From Octopus vulgaris (lineage: Eukaryota), in the NCBI GenBank assembly GCA_951406725.2, contig OX597827.1, positions 19,406,001 through 19,470,000 on the forward strand: a DNA stretch of 64,000 nt. The letters run 5' to 3'. Numbering within the stretch: the stretch's first letter is position 1; each line of letters starts with the position of its first letter. Positions 1 through 13,279 of the stretch are shown here, piece after piece. The notes under the pieces are model-generated. The model ran no database searches, was not told where the DNA came from, and worked only from the letters and a program-made list of their open reading frames with translations. The position numbers and the translations under genes are program-made.

Positions 1-1945
1 AAGGGAGCTGTTGATGGGTTAACCAAGCACAAAAGCACATTATAACATAAAGGGAGCTGTTGATGGGTTACCCAAGCACAAAAGCACATTATAACATAAA
101 GGGAGCTGTTGATGGGTTAACCAAGCACAAAAGCACATTATAACATAAAGGGAGCTGTTGATGGGTTAACCAAGCACAAAAGCACATTATAACATAAAGG
201 GAGCTGTTGATGGGTTAACCAAGCACAAAAACACATTATAACATAAAGGGAGCTGTTGATGGGTTAACCAAGCACAAAAGCACATTATAACATAAAGGGA
301 GCTGTTGATGGGTTAACCGAGCACAAAAGCACATTATAACATAAAGGGAGCTGTTGATGGGTTAACCAAGCACAAAAGCACATTATAACATAAAGGGAGC
401 TGTTGATTGGTTAACCGAGTACAAAAACACATTATAACATAAAGGGAGCTGTTCATGGGTTAACCAAGTACAAAAGCACATAACATAAAGGGAGCTGTTC
501 ATGGGTTAACTGAGTACAAAAGCACATTATAACATAAAGGGAGCTGTTGATGGGTTAACCAAGCACAAAAACACATTATAACATAAAGGGAGCTGTTGAT
601 GGGTTAACCAAGCACAAAAGCACATTATAACATAAAGGGAGCTGTTGATGGGTTAACCAAGCACAAAAGCACATTATAACATAAAGGGAGATGTTGATGG
701 GTTAACCAAGCACAAAAGCACATTATAACATAAAGGGAGCTGTTGATGGGTTAACCAAGTACAAAAACACATTATAACATAAAGGGAGCTGTTGATGGGT
801 TAACCGAGCACAAAAGCACATTATAACACAAAGGGAGCTGTTCATGGGTTAATTGAGTACAAAAGCACATTATAACATAAAGGGAGCTGTTGATAGGTTA
901 ACCGAGCACAAAAGCACATTATAACACAAAGGGAGCTGTTCATGGGTTAACTGAGTACAAAAACACATTATAACATAAAGGGAGCTGTTGATGGGTTAAC
1001 CAAGTACAAAAACACATTATAACATAAAGGGAGCTGTTGATGGGTTAACCGAGTACAAAAGCAGATTAAAACATAAAGGGAGCTGTGTATGGGTTAACCG
1101 AGCACAAAAGCACATTATAACATAAAGGGAGCTGTTGATGGGTTAACCAAGCACAAAAACACATTATAACATAAAGGGAGCTGTTGATGGGTTAACCAAG
1201 CACAAAAGCACATTATAACATAAAGGGAGCTGTTGATGGGTTAACCAAGCACAAAAGCACATTATAACATAAAGGGAGCTGTTGATGGGTTAACCAAGCA
1301 CAAAAGCACATTATAACACAAAGGGAGCTGTTCATGGGTTAATTGAGTACAAAAGCACATTATAACATAAAGGGAGCTGTTGATAGGTTAACCGAGCACA
1401 AAAGCACATTATAACACAAAGGGAGCTGTTCATGGGTTAACTGAGTACAAAAACACATTATAACATAAAGGGAGCTGTTGATGGGTTAACCAAGCACAAA
1501 AGCAGATTATAACATAAAGGGAGCTGTTGATGGGTTAACCGAGTACAAAAGCAGATTATAACATAAAGGGAGCTGTTGATGGGTTAACCGAGTACAAAAG
1601 CAGATTATAACATAAAGGGAGCTGTTGATGGGTTAACCGAGTACAAAAGCAGATTATAACATAAAGGGAGCTGTGTATGGGTTAACCGAGTACAAAAGCA
1701 CATTATAACATAAAGGGAGCTGTTGATGGGTTAACCGAGTAGAAAAGCACATTATAACATAAAGGGAGCTGTTGATGGGTTAACCGAGCACAAAAGCACA
1801 TTATAACATAAAGGGAGCTGTTGATGGGTTAACCGAGTACAAAAGCACATTATAACATAAAGGGAGGTGTTGATGGGTTAACCGAGCACAAAAACACATT
1901 ATAACATGGGAGCTGTTGATGGGTTAACCGAGCACAAAAGCACAT
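1..1945. repeat. 49-bp tandem satellite, about 40 copies, probably continuing left of the window
   Basis: Unit AAGGGAGCTGTTGATGGGTTAACCAAGCACAAAAGCACATTATAACATA repeated head-to-tail with few variants. Confidence 0.98.
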
Positions 1946-2546
1946 GGTTAACCCATGAACAGCTCCTTTTATGTTATAATGAGAGTGAAGAGGCAAAAGT
2001 TGGGGAGAGAAAGAGCAAACATATAAATGTAGGAAGTGAAAGAGAAAATGCAACATCCTCATGTTGTTTGTCATTAAAATAGACATTCCCATTATTCCAA
2101 ATGCCATTGCAGTTGAGAAACCTCTGAGAGACCTTCAGTATTAGATTAAATTTAGAATATTAAGAGAGAGAGAGAGAGAGTGTGTGTGTGTGTGGTACTT
2201 TCAATAATATGAAACAGGAAATTGGCAATATAATAGGTAGTGTGTGTATGTACGTTTGAAATCAAAGCATCTGCTTTGCTATACCATGCTGATTGTTATA
2301 ATTATAGTTGTTGAGTTTGGTCACTGTACTAGAGCAATCTGAAACGCAAGTCCTGACCAAATGACCATAAAAGGTATTACAAGAAGAAAATTGAAACAAC
2401 TGTCAGGATTTTGAATTTTTCTTAACTTTCTGTTTATTTCCATTTATTTCATTGATTCAGAGTTTTAAAAAAAATATGTAAAGATATCCTAAACTCCAAA
2501 ATGTTTTTAAGGGAATTGCCTTCATCCATCTTCATGATGATGATCA

Positions 2547-3348
2547 TCATCGTTTAACGTTTGCTTTCCATGCTAGCATGGGTTGGACGATTTTGACTGA
2601 GGGCTGGTGAACCAGATGGCTGCACCAGGCTCCAATCTTGATTTGGCAGAGTTTCTACAGCTGGATGCCCTTCTTAACGCCAATCACTCCGAGAGTGTAG
2701 TGGATGCTTTTTATGTGCCACCTGCACGGGGGCCAGTCAGGCGGTACTGGCAATGACCTCGCTCGAATCTTTTTACACATGCCACCAGCACTGGTGCCAG
2801 TAAGGCGACTTAGGTAACGATCATGCTCGAATGGTGCCCTTTTACGTGCCACTGGCACGGAAGCTAGTTGGCTGCTCTGGCAACGATCACGCTCGGATGG
2901 TGCTCTTGGCACCCTACTAGCACGGGCTCAAGTGCCAGTAAGGCAACACTGGTAACGATCATGCTCGAATGGTGCCCTTTTACGTGCCACTAGCACAGAA
3001 GCCAGTTGGCTGCTCTGGCAACGATCACGCTTGGATGGTGCTCTTGGCACCCTACTAGCATGGGCACAAGTGCCAGTAAGGCAACATTGGTAACGATCAT
3101 GCTCGAATGGTGCCCTTTTACGTACCACTGGCACGGAAACCAGTTGGCTGCTCTGGCAACGATCACGCTCGGATGGTGCTCTTGGCACCCTACTAACGTG
3201 GGCACAAGTACCAGTAAGGCAACGCCGGTAACGATCATGCTCGAATGGTGCCCTTTAAGTGCCACTGGCACAGAAACTGGTTAGCCGCTCTGTCAATGAT
3301 CACGCTCGTATGGTGCTCTTTGCACCCTGCTAGCACGGACGCCAGTCA
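2547..3348 (-). mobile_element. Family D retroposon (RTE 3' end / SINE with (GAT)n tail) with internal 138-bp tandem repeats
   Basis: Tail CCCATGCTAGCATGGAAAGC..GTTAAACGATGATG on - strand; GTGCCAGTAAGGC-like motif at 2794, 2932, 3070, 3208. Confidence 0.8.
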
Positions 3349-3699
3349 TCTCTTACTATACTCTTCACATTGTATTGTAATTGGTTGCACTAATTGGTGG
3401 CATCTGTTCCTGAATAAAATTGTACTATTCCAGGAAAACCATTACCTCATGAATTTCTAACTCTAAAATCATATTATTAAAGCCAAGCACTTACTTCAAA
3501 ATTGTCTCTAATCTCCTAAATAATATATTATTCACTACTATGAGCAGCAAGATCAACACTTAGCATGTTGTGTTCTATAGTAGAGGAAACCATTTAAAAG
3601 TGAATTTCACATCATAAAACTAGTAAAATCCTGGATATCATTTTACATTCTCATAGCAGTGGATAAACAAGTCACATAATGTGCATGATAATAATAATA

Positions 3700-4050
3700 A
3701 TAATAATTCGTTCGTTTATTGGCCACAAGGGCTAACAAAAATCAATTAAAACATAAAGGGACAAAACACAGGACGAAAGTTACAAAGGGTTTTGTCCGTT
3801 TGAAAAAGGTCCGTGTACAAAAGCAGGATAACAACGAAATGTAAGTAACAATTAAAACTCCCAATAGGGGGAGGCGCTTCGAAAGGTTACTCGTGGAAAA
3901 ACCCATAAAAGCCACGGGAGCCTGGTCAAAGGGGGGGGGGGTAGAGAGCCCCTTTCTCCTTTTATATTTCCTTTTAATTCTCTCAGGTGTATCCTCAGAA
4001 TTGGTCCGTTCATACTGGCCATTCTTGCGACATTCACCCACCTTTCAATA
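3700..4050 (-). mobile_element. 3' end of a non-LTR retrotransposon (Tx1/L1-like, tentative)
   Basis: WVNVARMASMN peptide also seen near 60930; 3' UTR ends in AATAAA plus simple repeat. Confidence 0.5.
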
Positions 4051-4184
4051 AACCTTGCTACCAGACATCACTTCCCTCTCTACTCTCATCTTCCTTTTTA
4101 AGTGAAACTTGAAAAAGTTGATGAGGCCTTGACCAAAGAGGAAAGTGTCTGACCTTAGCCCTTTCAAACAGGTCCACTATACTG

Positions 4185-4564
4185 TTTTACTTGTTTCAGT
4201 CATTTGACTGTGGCCATGCTGGAGCACCGCCTTTAATCGAGCAACTCGACCCCGGGACTTATTCTTTTGTAAGCCCAGTACTTATTCTATCGGTCTCTTT
4301 TGCCGAACCGCTAAGTAATGGGGACATAAGCACACCAGCATCGGTTGTCAAGCAATGCTAGGGGGACAAACACACACACGCATATATATATACATATATA
4401 CGACGGGCTTCTTTCAGTTTCCGCCTACCAAATCCACTCACAAGGCTTTGGTCGGCCCGAGGCTATAGTAGAAGACACTTGCCCAAGGTGCCACACAGTG
4501 GGACTGAACCCGGAACCATGTGGTTGGTTAGCAAGCTACTTACCACACAGCCACTCCTGCGCCT
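4185..4564 (-). mobile_element. Family A tRNA-derived SINE
   Basis: A/B-box head (GTGGTAAGTAGC..GGTTCAGTCCC), ACCTTGGGCAAGT motif, internal (TA)n, GAAACAAGTAAAA tail; many copies in window. Confidence 0.9.
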
Positions 4565-5197
4565 ATGATGATGATAATAATAATAATAATAATAATAACT
4601 GGTAAACTTTTGTAGGATTAGATCTCTGTGATGTAATCTACTAAACAGCTGATGTATCATACTCACTACAATTGTTTAGCATATTTGTCATAACTTTCCA
4701 TGTTTAGCAGCGAGTGTAGACCTAGGTATTAAAGCTTAGAACATGTAATTCTGGTACTTAAGATAGTTAGGAATTTTATAAGAAACAATTTGATTGCTTT
4801 ATTACAGAGAATCTTCACTTTTTGTTCATGGCAAAAAAATTTTCTAATGAAGACCAGACTATTAAGTGTATGCTCCTAGGTTGAAGACTTGCTACAGTTG
4901 ATGTGCTTTGGTAATTTCTGGTCGACTTTGCTGGAAGAACTTACTTGTATCACCATAAAACAACCCCCTTCTGATAATAAACATTAGACTTTTTTTTCAT
5001 GGTAAACCAATTTATTCCATTTTTGAATTATATCACAGAGTTCACTGAGTGGTTAAATCATTCAATCAGGAAACCAACAAGGGAACCTCTTTGTGATTGG
5101 TTGATATTCTAGAAATAGCAACCAGATCTCCCTTAAATAACCTCACTATTTTAAAAAAGAAGGGAGTTTTAGATAATATAATCCTAGATAACTATGT

Positions 5198-5470
5198 GTG
5201 GAGGCACATGGCCTAGTGGTTAGAGCAGCGGACTTCCGGTCGAGGGATCGCGGGTTCGAATCTCAGACTGGGTGATGTGTGTGTTTATGAGCGAAAACAC
5301 CTAAGTTCCACGCGGCTCCGGCAGAAGGTCGTGGCGAAACTTCTGCTGACTCTTTCGCCACAACTTTCTCTCACTCTTTCCTCCTGCATCTTGCAGCTCA
5401 CCTGCGACAGACCGGTATCCCGTCGAGGTGGGGAACTTATATGCCAAGAAACCGGGAAACCGGCCCTTCT
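5198..5470 (+). mobile_element. Family B tRNA-derived SINE
   Basis: TGGCCTAGTGGTTAGAGC A-box and GGGTTCGAATC B-box; copies at 9578, 24061, 36420. Confidence 0.9.
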
Positions 5471-5764
5471 CATGTGACTAAATTTTGTGGGGAAAATTAA
5501 ATCAAAGCTCAACATACAGGTAGTAACATCCTATTAGCAAAATGATATTAGGCACCAATAATGATATTTCCTGATTGCTGAAATTTGATGTGAATACTTA
5601 CTAAATTTAAAAGTTGGTCACAATCAAGTAGAAACAGATTTATATCAACCTGCATTCTCATTATTTTCATGATGTATTTAAAAAAATAACTGCCATCAGG
5701 AAAATATTTTTAGCTAGAAGAACAGAAAGGTCTTGAAATGTTATTATTTATAAACTGAAAATGA

Positions 5765-5950
5765 TTTATGTACTTGCATAGCGAGTGACTTGATCTGATA
5801 TCGTGTGCTGGAATGAAAACAATTGCAGCGTGGAAGGTGTTTATAAACCATTTAAGAAACACACAAAAACCGTTAGATTCACTTCAACATTTAAATTTAA
5901 TTTGTCAAAATATTTTCGTCGCTTTGAGACCGGAACCTGTTCGCTGACAA
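5765..5950. repeat. Interspersed repeat, possibly a Penelope-like terminal fragment
   Basis: Near-identical to 17497-17676. Confidence 0.6.
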
Positions 5951-6208
5951 AGCTTCGTGCTGCATCTCATTGTTGTGAAAATAATTTATTATTTTCATAA
6001 TTTACATTTGACGGATATACCCTCCAGCCTTCATCAAGTGTCTTGGGGAAAGTTTGAACCTGGGTTTTCATTCCTAAGGTATTTTTCAATGTTGCGAATT
6101 TTAGGGCTTATAAATCTAATATTTTCCTATCCTTCCTTAATACTGGTTCCCATATGCTACTCATATCTGTACTCGGTCTGTTTAGGAGGTTGTTGTGTCC
6201 TAACATAT

Positions 6209-6605
6209 ACTCTTTACTCTCTCTTTTACTTGTTTCAGTCATTTGACTGCGGCCATACTGGAGCACCGCCTTTAGTCGAGCAAATCGACCCCGGGACTTA
6301 TTCTTTGTAAGCCCAGTGCTTATTCTATCAGTCTCTTTTGCCGAACCGCTAAGTGACAGGGACGTAAACACACCAGCATCGGTTGTCAAGCAATGCTAGG
6401 GGGACAAACACACACACATACACATATATATATATACATATATACGACAGGCTTCTTTCAGTTTCCGTCTACCAAATCTACTCACAAGGCATTGGTTGGC
6501 CCGGGGCTATAGCAGAAGACACTTGCCCAGGATGCCACGCAGTGGGACTGAACCTGGAACCATGTGGTTGGTTAGCAAGCTACTTACCACACAGCCACTT
6601 CTGTG
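6209..6605 (-). mobile_element. Family A SINE
   Basis: Full-length match to the other family A copies. Confidence 0.9.
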
Positions 6606-6938
6606 CTGCTTCTTTTAGTTTTCGTATTTTCCAGTGGTGTTCTCTGTTGATTATTTTAACTTCATCCCACAGGGTGAGGTGGTCTTAATTTTTTACATAC
6701 ATGATCAGCTGTACCCGATTTAGCAATATCTCCTCGTGCCACGGCTTTGCGATGTTTATCTACCCTTATCAGCCGAAATGTGTTAACAACAAACAAGATG
6801 AGGACAAATATCCGTCAAATATAAATAATGTACATAATTCCTTATCTCTTAAATACAGACCTGAAAATAATAGTCTAATAAAAAAAAAACATACAAACAT
6901 TTTAAAACTTGCAGCACAGTCATGGTATCATTAGTGCA

Positions 6939-7278
6939 CATATGCATGCCCACGTGTGCACACACAAACACACACACACACACACACTCACTCACACACT
7001 TACACACATCATCATCATCATCATTGTTCGACCGTGGTCGAGACAATGGAATTTACCATGCTATGCTAGACTTCACGGTCCATCATAGCATTACGGAGGT
7101 CCTGTTGCTGGATGCCTGTATCCCTGGAGATTACATCTGGGTAGGAGAGTGTGTGCCCTCTGGTATTGCGAGTAGATGGCTTCCAGAGGAGAAGAGTAGA
7201 AATTGCCTCGTTTCCAGCTCTACTACAATGTCCAGCAAACTGGACTCTCCTACCTTTCACATATGCATGCCCACGTGT

Positions 7279-7371
<93 letters not shown>

Positions 7372-7681
7372 AACACACACACTCACACACTTACACACAT
7401 CATCATCATCATCATTGTTCGACCGTGGTCGTGACAATGGAATTTACTATGCCACGCCAGACTTCACTGTCCATCATAGCATTACGGAGGTCCTGCTGCT
7501 GGATGCCTGTATCCCTGGAGATTACATCTGGGTAGGAGAGTGTGCGCCCTCTGGTATCGCGAGTAGATGGCCTCCAGAGGAGAAAGAGTAGAAATTGCCT
7601 CGTTTTCAGCTCTACTACAATGTCCAGCAAACTGGACTCTCCTACCTTTCACATATGCATGCCCACGTGTGCACACACACA

Positions 7682-7746
<65 letters not shown>

Positions 7747-7755
7747 ACACACACG
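6939..7755 (-). mobile_element. Tandemly duplicated RTE-like LINE 3' fragment interleaved with (CA)n
   Basis: Peptide RVQFAGHCSR..LWKPS..DLRNAMMDR followed by (GAT)n tail, present twice (about 7005-7258 and 7397-7650). Confidence 0.75.
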
Positions 7756-8123
7756 CATATACATTCATGAGTAACCAGCAGAAGCTTTTTTTAGTTTCAT
7801 GCATATGTACGTCTATGCCTATGCATACATACATGTCAAAAATAGAAATTCCTTAGATAAATCAGTCTTAATTATCTATCTGCAATGCAAAACAATTTAG
7901 TAAATGCACACAACCTTTTATAGCCTACATAATAGTTTTAATAGAATAACAAAACTAATAGAATAGATTGCTTTGTAAAGATTAAAATTTAAGCTCCGTG
8001 CAATAAGCCTTTGTAGAGGTCACAGTAACACAGTCTGCCTTTCAATACTAAAATGTATCGTCTCTTACATCAGAAAGTACCACAAACACATAAAAAAAAC
8101 ACTTCTAAACAAAATATATTTCA

Positions 8124-8396
8124 CTAGCAATATCGCCCGGCGTTGCTCGGGTTTGTAAGGGAAATAACTATATAAGCATTTTTAGAGAGTTATAGCCAAA
8201 AAATGCATTAAAATGGAAAAAAATGATGGTAAATTTTTTTTTAAATCGTAGACTCGCGCTAATACCCAGAAGGGCTCGATATGAATCACGACTATAAGAT
8301 ACCCGGTTTTGGTTAAACTGCACCGCAAAATGTGGGAGTAGTTAGGAATCTAAATCATAGGAAACAGACACACAACTTGACTTTTATATATAAAGA
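8124..8396 (-). mobile_element. Non-autonomous Helitron
   Basis: 5' TC, 3' CTAG with CCCGAGCAACGCCGGG hairpin, inserted between A and T; copies at 27228 and 44768. Confidence 0.85.
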
Positions 8397-8906
8397 TATA
8401 TTAACATTTGCTCTTTCAATATGAAAAACAAAAAAACAACAACTCTGGTCATTAGTATAAAAATTGGCACAAATTAATCAATTTACAAACACATGGAAAA
8501 TTCATTAAAGAAATTCTAATATTGTTCTGTTGCTTACAACCCACATTTTCACAAGTATATTCTGAGCATGTACACCGTTATTTCCATGGCTGGTTACGAT
8601 AAAGCCATATAACAGGATCTTCAAAATGAAGTTGTGTACGAACTTCAATTCACAAATAAACAAATCCATAAAATCCTATAAGAAATAAAAATAAACTTAT
8701 CACTATAGAAAGATATCTGAAAAAGAACTTATCAAAATTATTCCTCACAATATATGTTACATGCATGCACAACCAGCTGCACATACATGCACTGAATCCC
8801 AGATTGATAAGTTGCTCTTGAATTACACTGTTAATGTGTGTGTGTGTGTGTGTGTGCATGCAAGTATGTGTGTAAGTTTGTGTGAATATGTATGTATTTC
8901 TGTATG

Positions 8907-8940
<34 letters not shown>

Positions 8941-8943
<3 letters not shown>

Positions 8944-9246
8944 CACCGTGACCGACCGGGCTATCAGATGTTGCTACACATCGCTGGTCACAATGCACTT
9001 TGCATTGTTTTAGCCTTCAAATGACGCCACCCCACTGGCTAAGCGAGCAGGCCAACAGAAGAAAGAGTGAGAGAAAGTTGTGGCGAAAGAGTACAGCAGG
9101 GATCGCCACCACCCCCTGCCGGAGCCTCGTGGAGCTTTTAGGGGTTTTCGCTCAATAAACACTCACAACGCCCAGTCTGGGAATTGAAAGCGCGATCCTA
9201 CGACCGAGAGTTCGCTGCTCTAGCCACTGGGCCATTGTGCCTCCAC
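8941..9246 (-). mobile_element. Family B-related tRNA SINE (variant subfamily)
   Basis: GTGGAGGCACAATGGCCCAGTGG head; body partly shared with family B, different 3' end. Confidence 0.8.
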
Positions 9247-9577
9247 ATATATCTATGTATAAGCACGTATACGAGGGGGTGCCCAACAGAATGTTGCAAT
9301 ATTATTTTATTCACTTAGTTTTACATGTTTATTCTTCTATCACCTTCAAAGTCTTCTCCATTTGAAGCAGTGCTGGAATTCTTGAGAAATGATACCTTTT
9401 AATGCCTCATTATTTTTTCTTCACCTCTTCCACATCTGCAAATTCCATAGCACCAGCTTTCATCACCATTGATGGACCTTTGAAAATAGATATGAATCAA
9501 CTTCCAACTGTTCTTTCAGTTCATGACATGCATTTAGTCATGATTGCTTTTGATCTTCTGTGAGCAAGCAAGGCAAT

Positions 9578-9876
9578 GTAGAGGCACATGGCCTAGTGGT
9601 TAGAGCAGTGGACTCGCGGTCGAGGGATCACGGGTTCGAATCTCAGACCGGACGATGTGTGTGTTTATGAGCGAAACACCTAAGCTCCACGCAGCTCCGG
9701 CAGAAGGTAATGGTGAAACTTCTGCTGACTCTTTCGCCACAACTTTCTCTCACTCTCTCCTCCTGCATCTTGCAGCTCACCTGCGACAGACCGGCGTCCC
9801 GTCCAGGTGGGGAACCTATATGCCAAGAAACCGGGAAACCAGCCCTTATGAGCCAGGCATGGCTCGAGAAGGAACA
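9578..9876 (+). mobile_element. Family B SINE
   Basis: A/B boxes, full body. Confidence 0.9.
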
Positions 9877-10297
9877 ACCAAAAAATCCAAAAAAAAACCC
9901 AGTTTCACTCTCTTTACTCTGCCCAACTTTCATGTTGAAGTCTCCCATAATGATTTTAATATCATGTGATTTGCACTGCCTCATCCAATTGGTCATAAAA
10001 ATCATCTATCTCTTCAATATTACTGTCAGACACGGGAGCATAGCACTGAATCACTACTGTGTCAAACAGTTTACCTCAAAGTTATACCAACATCACTCTA
10101 TTGGAAATACACCAGAATCCAGCCAACCTTTTAGCTCCATGCTCATGATTGTTGCCTGTTTCGTCTGAATACAGAAATGTGACCCCATCTAAGACAACTT
10201 TCCCTGCACCAGGCCATCTCGCTTCACAAGATGTTAATGCTCAACCGTCTCATCTCCTTCAAAATGTCATCCATTTTTCCACTCTGATATTTTGTCC

Positions 10298-10606
10298 GGA
10301 TCTTTTCGGTTTGAACGGCAGTTTTTAACATAATTTCTAGGTAAGTAAAAAATTTTAAACTTCATATACTGATAGAATGTGTTTATAAAGCATAATTTTT
10401 TCTTGGCTTTCTTGAGAAAATTCTGTAGTTTGTAACATATTTCGTCTTTAATTTCTTGCATTTCGGCAATTTTAACCAATCAATGACGTCTCAATAAAGC
10501 CAAGAGAAAAAGATGTTTTATAAACACATTCTACCAGTATACAAAGTTTAAAATTTTTTAGTTACCTAGAAATTGTTAAAAACTGCCATTCAAACCGAAA
10601 AGATCT
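10298..10606. mobile_element. Family E MITE, rearranged (two copies of the same end joined as an inverted repeat)
   Basis: TIR GGATCTTTTCGGTTTGAACGGCAG at both ends; both subterminal regions are the ..ATTTCTAGGTAA end. Confidence 0.8.
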
Positions 10607-11252
10607 TCCATGTCCAAAACTGATGTTGTTGCTGTAGTAGCATGTGAACGATCGGGTATCTCCTGCTGTGAATGGTAGTCCCTACTGGACGAGACCCCGT
10701 TTCCGGTGTCCTTCATGTTGTTATTCCTTTTCTTGTTAACAGCCATTCCATGATCTATAAAAGGCAGAATACAAGGGGTGGGTTGCCATTACCTTCCCCG
10801 TTGCAATGGCACCTAGTATGCCCCTGCTGTTGGCCCAAGTATGGATCATCTGCATAGCTGCAGCGGTCTTCGAACTGTTGGTCTGCATGAGACTCTTCCG
10901 CCTTGTTGGCCATCCAATGCCCTGCTGCCGACATCTTTGCCATAACCCTGACCCAGGAGGCTAGCAGGTACTATACCTTGCCCAAGGGTGATCTGTAGGC
11001 CATCGGCAGGAAGGAGCGCTTTACACCTCCTTTTGCCAATCATTAATTGACACCGACACCTGATATATATACATATCATCATCATCATCATCATCATTTA
11101 GCGTCCGTTTTCCATGCTAGCATGGGTTGGACTATAAGTATATATAAAAAGAACTCACGAGCAGTCAATGACCATCCAACAAATTTGTGTAAATATCCAG
11201 GGGTTGGACAAAATAATGGAAGCACCTTAAAATTTCAAACAAATTTATTTTC

Positions 11253-11620
11253 GGGTGCTGGTTATGCGCCACCGGCACCCGCCCCGACTGGCCTCGTGCC
11301 GGTGGAACATAAAAAGCACCATCTGATCGTGGCCGTTGCCAGCCTCGTCTGGCCCCTGTGCCAGTGGCATGTAAAAAGCACCATCCGATCGTGGCCGTTT
11401 GCCAGCCTTGTCTGGCACCTGTGCAGGTGGCACGTAAAAAGCACCCACTACACTCACAGAATGGTTGGCGTTAGGAAGGGCATCCAGCCGTAGAAACATT
11501 GCCAGATCAGACTGGGCCTGGTGCAGCCTTCTGGCTTCCCAGACCCCAGTTGAACCGTCCAATCCTTGCTAGCATGGAAAGCGGATGCTAAACGATGATA
11601 ATGATAATGATGATGATGAT
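11253..11620 (+). mobile_element. Family D retroposon
   Basis: GGTTGGCGTTAGGAAGGGCATCCAGC core and (GAT)n tail. Confidence 0.85.
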
Positions 11621-11957
11621 TACATCATTTGAAAGCAACCGTTCTTGTCAGATGACCACATAGACTTCAAACATAAAGGATACAATCATTTCCCTAACAT
11701 GTTCACATCACTAATGGAACTCCAAATATTTACCTTGTTTCTGTTGTCATATCTCTTGTGGAATGAGTTTAGAAAGTAAAGTAACGCATACCTTGTCAAG
11801 TCTACTATAATTTAGAGAGTAGCAGAGGAAATAGTAAAGGGGTCAGGATAAAAGGAGTGGTGACCTAGTTACTTACACTTAAGAGGTAATAGAATGTAGA
11901 ATGTATTAGAATCAAATCTATTGGGAGTTGTCAACTGTATTCTAGTTAATGGTAATA

Positions 11958-12195
11958 AAGGCGGCGAGCTGGCAGAATCGTTAGCACACCCGGGTGAGAT
12001 GCTTTGCGGTATTTCGTCTGTGGCTACGTTCTGAGTTCAAATTCCACTGAGGTCGACTTTGCCTTTCATCCTTTTGGTGTCGATAAATTAAGTACCAGTT
12101 ACGCACTGGGGTCGATATAATTGACTTAATACCTATGTCTGTCCTTGTTTGTCCCCTCTGTGTTTAGCCCCTTGTGGGTATTAAAGAAACAGGTA
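11958..12195 (+). mobile_element. Family C tRNA-derived SINE
   Basis: GGCGGCGAGCTGGCAGAA head, GAGTTCAAATTCC B-box, GTCGATAAATTAAGTACCAG core. Confidence 0.88.
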
Positions 12196-12253
12196 ATAAA
12201 TCAATTAATGTGAGACAATTTACTAGACTTTCAATGTACTGGGACCATATATT

Positions 12254-12661
12254 ACTCTTTTACTCTTTTACTTGTTTCAGTCATTTGACTGTGGCCATGC
12301 TGGAGCACCGCCTTTAATCGAGCAACTCGACCCCAGGACTTATTCTTTTGTAAGCCCAGTACTTATTCTATCGGTCTCTTTTGCCGAACCGCTAAGTAAC
12401 GGGGACGTAAACACACCAGCATCGGTTGTCAAGCAATGCTAGGGGGACAAACACAGACACACAAACACATACATATATATATATATATATATACACATAT
12501 ATACGACGGGCTTCTTTCAGTTTCCATCTACCAAATCCACTCACAAGGCTTTAGTCGGCCCGAGGCTATAGTAGAAGACACTTGCCCAAGGTGCCACGCA
12601 GTGGGACTGAACCCGGAACCATGTGGTTAGTAAACAAGCTACTTACCACACAGCCACTCCT
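12254..12661 (-). mobile_element. Family A SINE
   Basis: Full-length match. Confidence 0.9.
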
Positions 12662-12982
12662 GACACAAAAGAGTAGAGTGTAGGGGTAGTAGACTAGGTA
12701 AGTGCAGTAATGGATTACTAGGGCTCCAAGATTATAGCCGAAATGGCTGTAAATATTAATTCTTTAATTTATTTTTAAACTGTAACCTAATAAATCCCCT
12801 AATATTTAATTCTAATCCCTACTCCTAAATAATTTAACATTCAACTAATCTCTCCATTCACACTCTACCAACAAGCCCATAACCCCATTGCTAAAAATAA
12901 CTTTACAGCCACTGACCTTAGCCAGAATCGACACAAGCATTTACTACTAGATTTCCTCCCCAACCCCTACAGACTAGAAGAA

Positions 12983-13140
12983 TACCTATTTCTTTATTAC
13001 CCACAAGGGGCTAAACATAGAGGGGACAAACAAGGACAGACATAGGTATTAATTCGATTACATCGACCCCAGTGCGTAACTGGTACTTATTTAATCGACC
13101 CCCGAAAGGATGAAAGGCAAAGTCAACCTCGGCAGAATTG
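12983..13140 (-). mobile_element. Family C SINE, 5'-truncated
   Basis: Reverse complement of the family C 3' half. Confidence 0.85.
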
Positions 13141-13279
13141 GCACCTACTATTCCCTTTAAATTTCTTTCATTTTGCTCTACTTTGTTTATTTATTTTTTT
13201 TTTTTACATTATCTTCCTCTACCCCCTCCTTTCTCTTATCTTCTTGGCTCTCTTTGTACACTATATTCTTAAAGACTAT

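Noticed and set aside
1-1945. CRISPR-like regular repeat array
   Set aside because: No unique spacers, no cas genes, eukaryotic context; it is a plain satellite
2655-3460. Cluster of repetitive ORFs on both strands
   Set aside because: Caused by a 138-bp (multiple of 3) repeat in a retroposon; no protein motifs
5198-5275. tRNA gene (also at 9578, 24061, 25660, 36650)
   Set aside because: A/B boxes run directly into a shared SINE body; no proper acceptor stem or terminator
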